From NCBI RefSeq assembly GCF_001194135.2, contig NC_068982.1:37464004-37528003 (forward strand): 64,000 nucleotides of DNA. The letters run 5' to 3'. Each line of letters starts with the position of its first letter. The stretch's first letter is position 1. Both the position numbers and the translations under genes were made by a program. Shown piece after piece: positions 12,486 through 25,378 of the stretch. The notes beneath the pieces were generated by a model. That model saw only the letters and a program-made list of their open reading frames with translations. It did not search any database and was not told the DNA's origin. Source of the stretch: Octopus bimaculoides. Its lineage: Eukaryota.

Positions 12486-12584
12486 TTTACACCTAAGTTC
12501 CATCAGTCCCCATGAAAACATTTCAATACATGAAAATTAAAAAAAAAAAGGTGGGAGACGTTTAAAAATCAATTAATAGCAATA

Positions 12585-13079
12585 ATGCCACATGTTAATT
12601 GTTGTATCCCTTTCTGTTCTGCCGACTCTAAAAGACATGCAAGAATTCGTTTCTATAGTCTCCCTAAGGAAGAAACCCGTCGTGCTACTTGGGTTGCACT
12701 CATAAGAAACAGTAACTTACGTATCGATTCTAAGTACACAAGTGTTTGTAGTCTACATTTTCCCAATGGCAAAAAAACCCACGACAAAAAAGACCCTTCT
12801 TTTTTTCCTTGGTCACAGGAATGGCCTGTAATTATCAACAATTACAACATGATGCGAACCCAGTTGGGACTGGATAACATGTCGCCAGAACAACAACGTA
12901 AGAACCGGCCGATGACGCTAAGAATTCCTCCCATTTGTCCCTGGGCTAATAAATATATTAATGTGACATCGCAAAAAAGTTTGAATGAGTTGTTTTCTCC
13001 GAAGATTTTGCAATGTGACATCGACTTCGAAGATATCACTAAGGTCTCGACTAATCGGGATTTTCTCAATCAAATCGAA
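12585..13079 (+). CDS. First coding exon, THAP zinc-finger domain (C2CH); phase-0 donor
   Basis: MPHVNCCIPFC...FYSLP...RRATW...VCSLHF...PSFFPW has the THAP C-x4-C, P, W, CSxHF and P-x2-F signature. A at -3 of the ATG; donor GAA|GTGAGT with GT at 13080; 165 codons. Confidence 0.92.
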
Positions 13080-13819
13080 GTGAGTTCATCCAATTTTTAT
13101 CTCATTTAATTTTCTTCAGGCTATTATTTATATACTACGGTCACTTGACACACGTGTATGTATGTGTGTCGTTTATATTCTATTTATTTTCATATATAAA
13201 AATCATTGTTTCGCGTGTCTTGTTTCCCCAAATGAAACAAGAAGTGATTCCTTTAGTAAACTTCAACATGCATCAGTTTTGGAAACACCTGCGAATTTAT
13301 TAATTCATTTATTTTTCCATAACTAAAAACTTACGTATCGTTTTTTCTTTTCCTTTTCTTGAAAGTTTATTCTTGACGAAATATTCAACTTTTGCACAGA
13401 CTGTATACAGTATATTTAATTAACACTTGCTAAATGTTGACAATTTAACCACCAGTTTTTAGTCCTTCGAACTGTAGTAGCCAATGTAATCATAATTTTA
13501 TTATTATTTGTTTTGTTAATATTATACCCAATATTTTAGAAATATCTCTTTATTAAAATATGACAGTTAATCAATACAAACGTAAAATTTACAATACTGA
13601 AACATACAATATCGCCTCCTCGCTTCTCTCTGCTCGACCCCTTCTCGACTTCTCTCTCTCTCTCTCTCCTTTTCTTTGACATTCTTTCAGCTGGTTTTAT
13701 TTATTGAATGTTAGTATAAAGCTAGCAAAATATTTCATAAAATGTTGATTGCATTTTCTTATTTCGGTTTCATAAACTAAACCAAGTAGGTTGTAGTAGA
13801 TACATTACCATTATCGACA

Positions 13820-14170
13820 TGACTGTGTCGTTAAGTTCGCTTCGCAACCACGTAGTTGTGAGTTCAGTTCCACGGCGCGTCACCTTGGACATGTTTCTTC
13901 TCCTATAGTCCCGAGCCGACTAATTCCTTTTGAGTAAATTTGGTGGATGGAAATTGTGTGGGAGCTTGTCGTACACACATATATATATCTGTCTTCACCG
14001 CTTGACAACCGGTGCTGGTTTGTTTATGTCCCATAAGTTACCCGTTCGGCATAAGCGATTGACCAAATAAGTTTCTGACTTAAAAAAAAAAAGTGAGTAT
14101 TAGGGTTGATTTTTATCGACTAAAACCCTTCAAAGCGGTGCTCCAGCATGGCTGCAGTCACCTGATAAAC
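13820..14170 (+). mobile_element. SINE family A
   Basis: Head at about 13820 (tgactgtgtcgttaagttcgcttcgcaaccac); tail gcggtgctccagcatggctgcagtc. Confidence 0.85.
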
Positions 14171-14171
14171 A

Positions 14172-14208
<37 letters not shown>

Positions 14209-14995
14209 CACACACACAATGTTAAGTATTTAGGAGAGAATCATGTACTTAAATGATAGGCTCCAAGTTGGGTCAAATTAACTTGTAATCACCACCTTTA
14301 GTCGAATAAATATACTAGGTACTGAAGTACATCCAGCGAAATATTCAGGTTATGCATACAGAGAATTTAACCCTTACGAGTATGTAACGCCTAGGGGCTG
14401 GTCCAAAGCGCACATTGTATTGGTCGTATGGTGTTTGGTATACTCCAGGATGTCCGATGGGTCAGGAATCACTTTTGGTGTATTATAAGCAAATAAATAA
14501 AGAACAAACTATGGATAAATGTCAATTCATTACAGCTGTTTCTAATGCATTTTTTAATAGCAAAAAAACATTTTTATCAGATGATACATAGCATTTCAAA
14601 CGATAGAAGAACAATCCATGAACACAGTGGGAATGCAACTTGACTCCAATCCAAAGATACATATACAATTAATTGTACTTGATCTTTAGGTTTTGATAAT
14701 GAACCAGACTACTTGATTCCAATTTACTTCCAGTCACCTCTCCTCTGTCTGTCGTCAAGATTGTACAATCTTTATTCATCTAATTTGTACACATAAAAAC
14801 CTGTAACATCTCTTTTGAGTACCTTTTATCATATGCTCTTAAATATTTTTCTTAAATATTAATCTAAATATTGACGATTATGAGATCACTAAAAAGAACT
14901 GCATTCTTTTTTTCATTTTACCAAGCAGAAGTTGCAGAGTGGCTCAAGGGCCAAGGGTTTTGACCATTTGCACTTATCAAACTTATTGGTTCATC

Positions 14996-16190
14996 ATCAT
15001 CATCACCATCGTTTAACGTCCGTTTTCCATGCTGGCATTGGTTGGACGGTTTGACTGAGGTCTGGAGAGCCAGTAGCCGCACCAAGCTTCAGTCTGATCT
15101 GGCAATGTTTCTACAGCTGGATAACAACTCCAAGAGTGTAGTGGGTGCTTTTTACGTGCTACTGGCACAGGAGCCAGTCAGGCAGGCCTGGCTTCGATCA
15201 CGTTTGGACAGTGCTTTTTATGTGTCACTGGCACAGGGGCCAGTCAGTGGGTACTGGCATTGGCCACATTTGGATGGTGCTTTTTATGTGCCACTGGCAT
15301 GGGTGCCAGTCAGGGGGCACTGGTCACAGCTATGGTATTGGTTTTACTTGACTCAACAGGTCTTCTCATGCGTATCATATTTCAAGACGCATCAGGGTTA
15401 CTCTTAACAGGGCTGGACATGTGTGGCTGCGATCTCACTTTAGTTGCCGGGTCTTCTCAATCACAGTATATCTCCAAAGGTCTCGGTCTCCTGTCATTGC
15501 CCCTGTGAGGCCCAGTGTTTGAAGGTCATGCTTCACCACCTTCATGCTTCACTACTTCTTCCACATGTTCCTTCCACAGTTAGGGAGTGGCACTTCCTCA
15601 CGCAGCTGTCTTCATCCATACATAACACATGACCATACCAGCGCATCACATTTGATGCTTCTTATGTCCAACTTTTCTCTCAGGGTGCTTACACTCTGTC
15701 ATGTATGCACACTGACATTACACATCCAGCAAATCATACTAGCTTCATTTCTTTCAAGCCTATGCATGTTCTCAGCAGTCATGGCCCAAGTTTCACTGCC
15801 GTGTAGCATGACAGTTCACACACATGTATGATACAGTCTACCTTTCATCCTGAGCGAGAGGCCCTTAGTTGCCAGCAGAGGTAGGAGCTCCCTGAACTTT
15901 GCCCAGGCTAGTATTCTAGCCACTACATTCTCAGAGCAACCACCCCCACTACAGACTTGGTCACCTAGGTAGTGGAAGTTATTAAGTACTTCTAGTTTCT
16001 CCCCCTGGCATGTGATGGAATCTGTTTTCTGTACATCTTCAGTGTTTATTGCCCCTGTGCATCTGCCACACGCAAAAACTATTTTCCTTTGATATTGCTG
16101 CACCTTTTGTCTATAGCTTACACTGGGTACATCGTATGGAATTTCTACCTACGCCTTTTCTACAGATCGAGCAGGGACATCTACTTGGTT
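14996..16190 (-). mobile_element. RTE LINE, 5'-truncated, antisense in the THAP intron
   Basis: (CAT)n tail at about 15000, three ~65-bp 3'UTR units, and minus-strand WAKFRELLPLLATKGLSLRMKGRLY. Confidence 0.92.
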
Positions 16191-16901
16191 GAGTTTGATA
16201 AATACCAATCCACAAAACTCTTGACCCTTGAATCGCTCTGTGACTTCTGCCAAGTAAAATAAAAACAATATATATATGCACTCATGTTTTGAGCTCTATT
16301 TTCCTGTTTGTATTACAAAACCTGTAAAAAGAATTGCATAAAGTTTTACCCTACATGTCTCTTATATGGAATAATATATTCATTACATCGTTTAGATTTT
16401 ACTTCTTGCTAAACCTTTTTTTTTTGGTGGGGGTGAGGTGCGGATTCCATTTTACAAAGTTAATGATATCTTTGAAATTTGAGGGTAACAACTTGCAGAC
16501 AGTAGTGAGTAAATAACTACCTTAGCTGGAGTAGTGGTCCATGCAAAAGCCAGTATAATACATACAAAGGCAATAAATAGTAGGGCTCATTCAGTAATGA
16601 GAAAATCTATTCATTATTGTCAGCATCATCATCATTGTTCTACATTTCTGTTTTATGTTTGAATGGTTTGGATGATTCTTGATTCTTGATCATATGGTAT
16701 TTTATCTGGGAGGTCTAATATTCTTAGATTGACCCAACTACTTTCCAAGTCTTTTTTGCTCTACATCTACTGCTAATACTTTTGCTCTACATCTACTGCT
16801 AATGCCTCAGTGCATGGCATTTTTTCCTTTAAGTATGCATCATCCATAGAAATATTAATATTTCTAAATCTCTCTAAAGGAGATTACGGCAGCGGTACTG
16901 G

Positions 16902-16985
16902 ATATTAATAGTTATTGACAAGCTAACATGGCATTTGTCCTATTTTCCTGGACTGCCATGTTAGCTTGGCAGTAACTATTAATAT
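16902..16985. ncRNA. Pre-miRNA-like hairpin (84 nt), intronic
   Basis: 32-bp stem atattaatagttattgacaagctaacatggca / tgccatgttagcttggcagtaactattaatat with one G:U and one mismatch; 20-nt loop. The structure is seen directly; function is unproven. Confidence 0.4.
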
Positions 16986-17835
16986 GTATCATCCATTTAT
17001 ATTACATCCATTTGTCAGTAGCATCCACTCTTTTGCAGATATTATTTAGTGTCTGGTTGATTTTTCAATTTATTTGTACACTTTCCTAAATTAATATTGC
17101 AGACTCAGTGGCTTTTTAATCATTCCTTGTCAATTATTGCAAAATTAATTTGTTTAATGCTCTCATTTCACTACTATACAGCATCACATGCTCCAGCTAG
17201 AGACAAGATATGCAATTAGTTTTATACAGAATGAGACAGCGCACATGAATATTTAGAAGTTGTAGGTTTATATTTTCAGTTTGAGGAGATCTAATAATAC
17301 CAAAACATGTCCAGAGTTGTCACTGTACTATTACAATCCACTCACTCTCCACTTCATTGCATGCATTCTATTTTTAAATATTCAACATTTTAGGGTTGTT
17401 TCCCCTATATTTCTTGAATAGAATTGATCATTGAGCTAATGATTCTTTCATCTAACTGTGGATGTAATTTTAATTAAAATTTCTGAGCTTGCTGCATTAA
17501 GTTATCACCAATATTATCATTGCTCAAATTGCATCTCACTCCTTGTTCAGCTCCAGAGAACTTTTTCTATTTTTAATATTCTTTGATTTCTATTTTCTGA
17601 GTACTATTTCCATCAGTTTCAAAACAGTTACTTGTTGAATAAAACATTGAGAATTAGCTGAATTAATCTGCAATAAATTAGACAAAAATCAATAATTTAA
17701 AAAATTTGCCTCTTTAGTAATTTGGATATTTTATTTACAATGTTTTGGGTAGTGTTGCATTAAATTATATTTAAGTTGGACACATGTACAGGATATACTA
17801 TTAATTCTTTTCTATATCTTTATTCACATTTTGCA

Positions 17836-18260
17836 TCATCATCATCAACATTTACCATCCATTTTCCTTACTGACATAGGTTGGAATGCTTGACAGGAAC
17901 TGGCAAGGCCAGGGCTGCACCAGGTTCCATAGTCTGTTTTGGTTTGGTTTCTATGACTGAATGCTCTTCCTAACGCCAAATCACTTTACAGAGTGTACTG
18001 GGTGCTTTTTGTGTGGCATCAGCACCACACCAATGCTTTTTATGTTGCACCTTGGTTTTAGGATCTCGATTCTGTTGTGGTGGGTGGGTGGGTATTCTTA
18101 AGTACAGGCAATGCACCACATATCTTGATCCTCTGTCATCTCCTTTGTAAGGTTCAGCGTTTTGAGATTGACCTTCAATACTTTGTCCTATGTCTTTCTG
18201 GGTCTCCTTCTTTCACAACTTCCATCCCCTTCAAGTGATTTATTCCTAAAATTAGTCATT
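17836..18260 (-). mobile_element. Old RTE 3' remnant
   Basis: catcatcatc tail, cttcctaacgcca..cactttacagag, then degenerate GRPRKT region. Confidence 0.75.
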
Positions 18261-19197
18261 TATATGTTAGTAAACCTTTTTGTTTTTCAACATTACAGTA
18301 AATTATTAACCATCTATTGTGTTGTGTTCTCTCTATCTTTTTTATGATCACTATAAGTGTCTTTACTCTTTGTAAGCTGGTAATCATTTCTCCTTTGTCA
18401 AAACCCACTTCTTTAGACTTGTAAACAAGCTTAATTCTGCTTTCTCTGTATTATAATCTTCTGGAACCCATTCTTTGCACATGTTTTCATTCAAAATATT
18501 AGCTAGAAGTGCAAACTGAATTTCAACAGCATAATCTCACCAGTCTGAGAAAGTTGACTAAGAATATGGGCGGTATTGCTGGTTTTCAAATGAACTGAAA
18601 GAAAAATTGTAAACCTTCAGCAGAATTTGTCAGCATAGCATATAATACACACCAATTATTTAAGATAATTCACCTTGATTTTAAAGTTAGGGAAACTAGG
18701 TAATTGAAAGTAGAATGCTTTGTCCATGAACCCATGCAATGCTGATAGTAGACTCTTTAACAGGTAGTCTGGTACCTTCTCAAATTAATCATCATTTTGC
18801 TCACATCTATTGTAAGATTTATCATACTCCTAAAATTTTTTCTGTTTTTTATATTTTTTGAAATATTTGATTGTTATATACATGTATATATACACGCATA
18901 CAGGTGTAGGGTTTTTCATTTAGTGCTGCTCAATATCCAAAATGTCAAGGAAGTTTACTACTGAGACTAAATGTATGATACATAACACCTTTCACATCAG
19001 CTTCTTTTTCTGTTAGATCTTTTTACAGCCTCTGTGAATTAATTATAAGCTTATGGGGAGTCATTGCTGTGTAACTGTTTTCAAATTTGTCAATGATGTG
19101 CTTCCATAAATGTTTTCTCATCTCTTTAGTGCTTTTAGCATTAACACTGTTCATACATATTAAGCATCTGTTATGAGTAACTGCACAGCATTAGCAG

Positions 19198-21470
19198 TAT
19201 CATCATCATCGTCGTCGTTTAACGTCCGCTTTCTATGCTGGCATGGGTTGGACAGTTTGACTGAGGACTGGCGAGCCAGAAGGCTGCACCAGGCTCCAAT
19301 CTGATCTTGCAAAGTTTCTACAGCTGGATGCACTTGCTAACACCTACCACTCTGAGAGTATAGTGGGTGCTTTTACGTGCCACCGGCATGAGGGCCAGTC
19401 AGGTGGTACTGACAGTGACCATGCTCAAAAGGTATTTTCTAAGTGCCACCTGCACGGGAGCCAGTCTGGCGACACTGGCAATGACCATGCTCAAATGTTA
19501 TTTTTCACGTGCCATCGACACATGTGCCAGTAAGGCGACACTGGCAATGATCACGCTCAAATGGTGCTTTTTATGTGCCACCGGCACGGGAGCCAGTCAG
19601 TGGCCCTGGCAACGATCATGCCCAGATGGTGCTTTTAATGGTGTTCCACTGGCATGAGTGCCAATCAGGCAGTACTGTTATTGGTCACGTCAGCGATTTT
19701 GATTTCACTTACCTCAACAGGTCTTCGCAAGCAAAGTTTATTGTCCAATGAATGAAGGGTACTCATAAGTGGGCTGGTTATACACCACTGGCATAGGCCA
19801 CAGGTTATGGTCACACTTGGTTTGCAGGGTCTTCTCAAGCACAGCATATCTCCAAAGGTCTCGGTCACTAGTCATTGCCTTGGTGAGGTCCAATGTTCAA
19901 AGGTCATGCTTCACCACCTCATCCCAGGTCTTCCTGTGTCTACCTCTTCCACAGGTTCCCTCAACTGCTAGGGTGTGACACTTTTTGCACACAGCTGTCC
20001 TCATCCATTCACAGCACATGACCATACCAGCGCAGTCGTCTCTTTTATACACCACATCTAATGCTTCTTAAGTCCAACTTTTCTCTCAGGACGCTTACAC
20101 TCTGTCTTGTATGCACACTGTATTACACATCCAGCGGAACATACTGGCTTCATTCCTTGCAAGCTTACGCATGTCCTCAGCAGTCACAGCCCGTGTTTCA
20201 CTGCCATGTAGCATAGCTGTTCGTACACATGCGTCATACAGTTTACCTTTTACTCTGAGCGAGAGACCCTTTGTCACTAACAGAGGTAGGAGCTCTCGGA
20301 ACTTAGCCCAAGCTATTCTTATTCTAACAGCTACACTTTCAGAGCATCCACCCCCACTACTGACTCGGTCATCTAGGTAATGGAAGCTATCAACTACTTG
20401 TAGTTTTTCTCCTTGGAATGTGACAGAAGCTGTTCTCTGCACATTTTCAGTGTTTATTGCTCCTGAGGTATTTGCCACGTACAAAAACTATCTTTCCAGT
20501 TAGCCTTCCTTTGATATTGCTGCACCTCTTATGTGTTCATAGCTTACACTGAGTACTTCTTATGGAGTTTCTAGCAACGCCTTTTCTACAGATTGAGCAG
20601 GGCCATCTACCTTAAGGGATTTGTGGTTTGTCTGCCTTCCTACTTATTAAGACTTTGGTTTTAACTAGGTTGACTCTAAGGCCCTTCAATTCTAATCCAT
20701 GCTTCCACACCTGAAACTTCTTTAGTTCTAATAGTGATTCAGCAATTAGAGCAAGGTCATCAGCATAGAGGAGCTCCCTGGGGCATCCTGTCTTGAATTC
20801 CTCTGTTATTGCCTGGAGGACTATGATGAATAAGAGGAGGCTGAGTACTGATCCTTGGTGGACCCTACCCCTACCCGGAATTCTTCACTATACCCGTTGC
20901 CAACCCTTGCCTTACTGACAGCATCCCTGTACATGGCTTGCACAGCTCCCACTAACCAATCATCTATCCCTAGTTTCCTTATTGACCTCCAGATAAGAGA
21001 TCAGGAGACCCTGTCAAAGGCTCTCTCCATGTCAATGAAAGCCAGGTACAGAGGTTTATCTTTGGCTAGGTATTTCTCCTGCAACTGTCTTACCAGAAAT
21101 ATAGCATCAGTGGTGCTTTTCCCTTGGTACAAACCCAAACTGCATCTCATCTAGGCTGACTCTCTCCCTAATTAGTTGGGTTATGACCCTCTCCGTGACT
21201 TTCATTACCTGATCCAACAACTTGATACCTCTGTAATTATTTGTATCTAATGCGTCACCTTTACCTTTGTAGCAGTTGGCTATGGTGCTGCTACACCAGT
21301 CATTGGGTATGACTCCTTCATGTATCACCTGGTTGACTATACAGGTGACTAGGCTATAGCTGACACTGCCAGATATTTTGAGCATCTCTGCAGTGATTCC
21401 TGATGGGCCAGGGACTTTCCTTGTCTTCATACCCTTAATTGCTTTATCTACCAAGGTAGTATGTATCAAT
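19198..21470 (-). mobile_element. RTE LINE, 2.3 kb, with decayed RT domain
   Basis: GPSGITAEMLK...NYRGIKLLDQVMKVTERV...QFGFVP (21107-21469); WAKFRELLPLLVTKGLSLRVKGKLYDACVR; about five 3'UTR units; (CAT)n tail. Confidence 0.95.
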
Positions 21471-22277
21471 AGAGTAAATCATCAATAAAAGACCTTATTG
21501 AGACTGTTGGTAAATATATTTTGACATTAAAAATATTTACTTAGAAATTATACACATGCACGCATATATAAATATGCATCAATAAGAAAGAAAAAAACTT
21601 GAGTAGGTGTACTTGTGTATGCATGTAACCAAACATAAAAACACTATTATAAATACAAGGTAGATACATGTATTTGTATTTTTTATATACTTGTATTTAC
21701 ACTTTCACACATATTTATTATTACTATTTTATGTGTCCACATGCAATGTAATGTTTCATAAATTTTCAATAATTACAAGCAAATATACACTGTTACACAG
21801 ATATGCATACTTACCACTCTGTATGCAGAATAATTTCTGCCTTTATGACTCTTTAATTCATTCTGCTGCTGAACTCACATCACATGAGTTTAAAAGCTTT
21901 TAAGTACTAGTATATATAATGATATTGAAAGACAGTGGAAATTGAACCTCACATCAAAATAGTAATCATTTGTTGAATTATATACTGAATTCTAAGCATT
22001 AGCAGTTATAAGGAGAAATATACATTTTATATTTAATAACTTACGTTTGTAGTGTTTTTTGGGGTAGGTACTGTCCACCTTGCTTACCCAAACATCACAT
22101 TTCTAATGTTCTTATAGTTATTACAAATATTTTACAACTCCCAGTTTCCAGAACATTCTATTTCATAAACTTCTGGTCCCTAACTCACTTGAAATATAGT
22201 TTCTGCCCTCAAACATACCAAGGATATAGAGTGTTTGGACATACACACATACATGTGTATATATGTGTGTATATATA

Positions 22278-22440
22278 ATGGCCAAGTGGTTAAGAAGTTC
22301 ACTTCACAATCATGAGGTCTTAGTTTCAATCCCACTGCATGACATGTTGGGTAATTGTCTTTGACCATATCCTCAGGTCATCTCAAGCTTTGTGAATGAA
22401 ATTGAGCAGATAAAGTCTGAGTGTATGGAAGCTTGTCAGA
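22278..22440 (+). mobile_element. SINE family A, 5' part, diverged
   Basis: gtggttaagaagttcacttcacaatcatgaggtcttagtttcaatcccactgc. Confidence 0.7.
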
Positions 22441-24462
22441 TGGACTGTACCTGTAATTCAAAAGGCCATCTTGTCTGAGTATTATGTTAAGGTACATATG
22501 TGCATGGAATACTCTGCCACTTACTTGCTATATCAATGAGTAGGCAGTTCACTTGATTGAACAAAAAGAATATTCATTGTCAAAATTGAGTGATACATTT
22601 ACTTCTCAATTTACTCTTATTTACCTACCTATCTCCCTAAACCTTCTTAACTTACCTACTACTTCCTTCCTTTGTGGGTTATTTAGGTACACCCACATAT
22701 ATAGAGGAAACTGTTTATTGTGACAGGATGGAATCTTTTAGATAACAACCAGCTGATAACATTAACTAAAAGATATAAGAATGTTCTGAGCATGTTTGGG
22801 ACCCTCTAATTTTGATAACAATAACCCTGAGTATGAAAGGTGACTCAGCTCTACTTTCCCTAACAGATCAAGAAAATTGTATCACACTTTTATTTCATAG
22901 CTGAGAGTTAATAATATGAAAGCCATCTAAACATGAAAATAATTATCCCAACAAAAATACAAAAAATACACACAATATACATGCAAACCAAGGGTAAAAA
23001 TGGATATAAATGCAAAAAGAATTGGATATAAAACTGTGTTTATGAAAGTAGAGTATAATTTGAGTGAGATTTGTCTGTAAATCATATTAAAGTCATATAA
23101 AAAATAATGTGATAAATATACATGTATATATTATTGTTTTACCGCTTCTAGGTATTCAAATTATTCATATGTAAGAAAAAAAAAACATGATTAAATATCT
23201 GGAACAGAAAGTTGATATATGTAATGCATATGATAGAGATTTCTCTTAAGTCATTCTGTTGTTAGAGTGGTAGCTAAGCAGAGCAGAAGAGGCAAGTAGT
23301 TGTGGGCTCTGTCTTTCCTACCTGATTAAACAGTAAAAAAAAAAAATCTATAACAAAGAAGTCAATTTTCAAGGAAACTGAAAATGGACTCTTTGAATAT
23401 ACAAGATAGAAAAATAAAATGTGTGATGGTGTCTGCAAAAAGTTCTAAAAAACCCATGGAAGATAGCATGAGAGTCCATAAAACTTTAGTACTTGTAAAA
23501 GTTATTCTGATAAACTTATGGAACAACCTACTAAGGGCAAAAGACCAAATTTATGATTAGTACAAAGTCCTGGTCAGACTGAGGTGATATAGTGGGGAAT
23601 TAGTCGAGATGAGATGCAGTTTGGTTTTGTGCCAGGGAGAGGCATTATAGATGCCATTTTTCTTGTAAGACAGCTGCAGAAGTATTTAACTAAAAGCAAG
23701 TCATTGTACTTGGCATTTGTTGGCCTGGTGAAAGCTTCTTCCTTACTCTCATTTGATGGCCTCTGAAGAAGCTAGGAGTAAACGAAAGGCTTGTGAGAAC
23801 CATACAAGCCATGTATAGGAGTGCTGTTAGTAAGGTGTGAGTTAGTAACATGTAGAACAACAAATTTAGTGTACAGTTTGGAGTTTTCATAATCACATAA
23901 AAGAAGGTTAATTGGAAAGTAGACTTTGATTTTGGCAGATGTGGTTGGGCAATAAACATTAAGAACACACAATAGATTCTCTCAAATGCCCAGGAAGTTT
24001 CCTAGAAGTAGTACATAATTTCTGTTACTTAGGGGGTCCTGATTAGCAGTGGAGGAAGAAATTCTGAAAGTATGGTTACTAGAATAAGAAGAGGATAGAG
24101 AAAATTCAAAGAGTTATTACCTCTTTAGGTAACAAAAGGTCTCTCCCTCAGAGTGAAAGGCATATTGAACAATGCTTGTGTATAATTAACAATGTCACAT
24201 GATAGTGAGATGTGTGATCTGAAGCCAGAGGACATGTGAAGATGAGAAAAGAATGAACCTAGTATATTCTGATGGGTGTGCAGGTACAACAAAGTATAAA
24301 TGTGTTGAGGTTGAGATTTTGGACATAAGAAGAAACATATTGTGAGAGAAGACTGCACTCATTGGTATGGATGATGACAATTGTATAAAGAAATGCTGAT
24401 TACTTAACCCTTTAGCATTCAGATTACCGTCAAATTTTTAATATATTTAAATTCACTTAGTC

Positions 24463-24618
24463 GCAGGAGTGATTGTGTGGTTAGAAGCTTGCTTCCCAAC
24501 CACATAGTTCCGGGTTCAATCTCACTGTGTGGCACTTTGGGTAAGTGTCTTCTACTATAACCTCAGACCGACCAAAGCCTTGTGGATTTGGTAGATGTAA
24601 ACTGAAAGAAGCCCATCT

Positions 24619-24660
<42 letters not shown>

Positions 24661-25098
24661 NNNNNNNNNNNNNNNNNNNNNNNNNNNNNNNNNNNNNNNN
24701 NNNNNNNNNNNNNNNNNNNNNNNNNNNNNNNNNNNNNNNNNNNNNNNNNNNNNNNNNNNNNNNNNNNNNNNNNNNNNNNNNNNNNNNNNNNNNNNNNNNN
24801 NNNNNNNNNNNNNNNNNNNNNNNNNNNNNNNNNNNNNNNNNNNNNNNNNNNNNNNNNNNNNNNNNNNNNNNNNNNNNNNNNNNNNNNNNNNNNNNNNNNN
24901 NNNNNNNNNNNNNNNNNNNNNNNNNNNNNNNNNNNNNNNNNNNNNNNNNNNNNNNNNNNNNNNNNNNNNNNNNNNNNNNNNNNAACAACCCACATAAACA
25001 CTAACATCTGTATCACTCTTAACCTTACACTGATACAGTGTAAGGTTAAGAGTGATACAGATGTTAGTGTTTATGTGGGTTGTTCTTCGGATAAGATT

Positions 25099-25135
<37 letters not shown>

Positions 25136-25378
25136 ATATATATATATATATGTGTATATATATGTATATATATGTATGTGTTTGTCCCCACCACCTTCAC
25201 TTTGACAACTGATGTTGTTGTTTTTATGTTCCCGTAACTTAGCGGTTTGGCAAAAGAGACCGATAGAGTAAGTACTAGGCTTACAAAGAATAAGTCCTGA
25301 GGTTGATTTGTTTGACTAAAGGCAGTGCTCCAGTATGGCCGCAGTCAAATGACTAAAACAAGTAAAAGAGTAAAGAGT
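24463..25378 (+). mobile_element. SINE family A with expanded internal (TA)n, an assembly gap and a palindrome
   Basis: Head gcaggagtgattgtgtggttagaagcttgc; tail cagtcaaatgactaaaacaagtaaaagag. Confidence 0.88.
24984..25084. repeat. Perfect 49-bp inverted repeat with a 3-nt spacer
   Basis: Arms 24984-25032 and 25036-25084 are exact reverse complements around ATA; starts at the edge of an N gap. Confidence 0.9.

Noticed and set aside
12585-13109. P-element/THAP9 transposase, or a complete 174-aa protein
   Set aside because: No transposase catalytic region follows. The last nine codons (VSSSNFYLI) lie after a consensus GTGAGT donor and are intronic.
16757-16810. 23-bp tandem duplication (and similar ones at 25790-25835 and 55405-55450)
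   Set aside because: Ordinary slippage duplications with no further structure.
24481-25212. Long ORFs containing X or YI/CV runs (also 5774-6275, 9725-10096, 28244-28603)
   Set aside because: Artefacts of N gaps and microsatellites.
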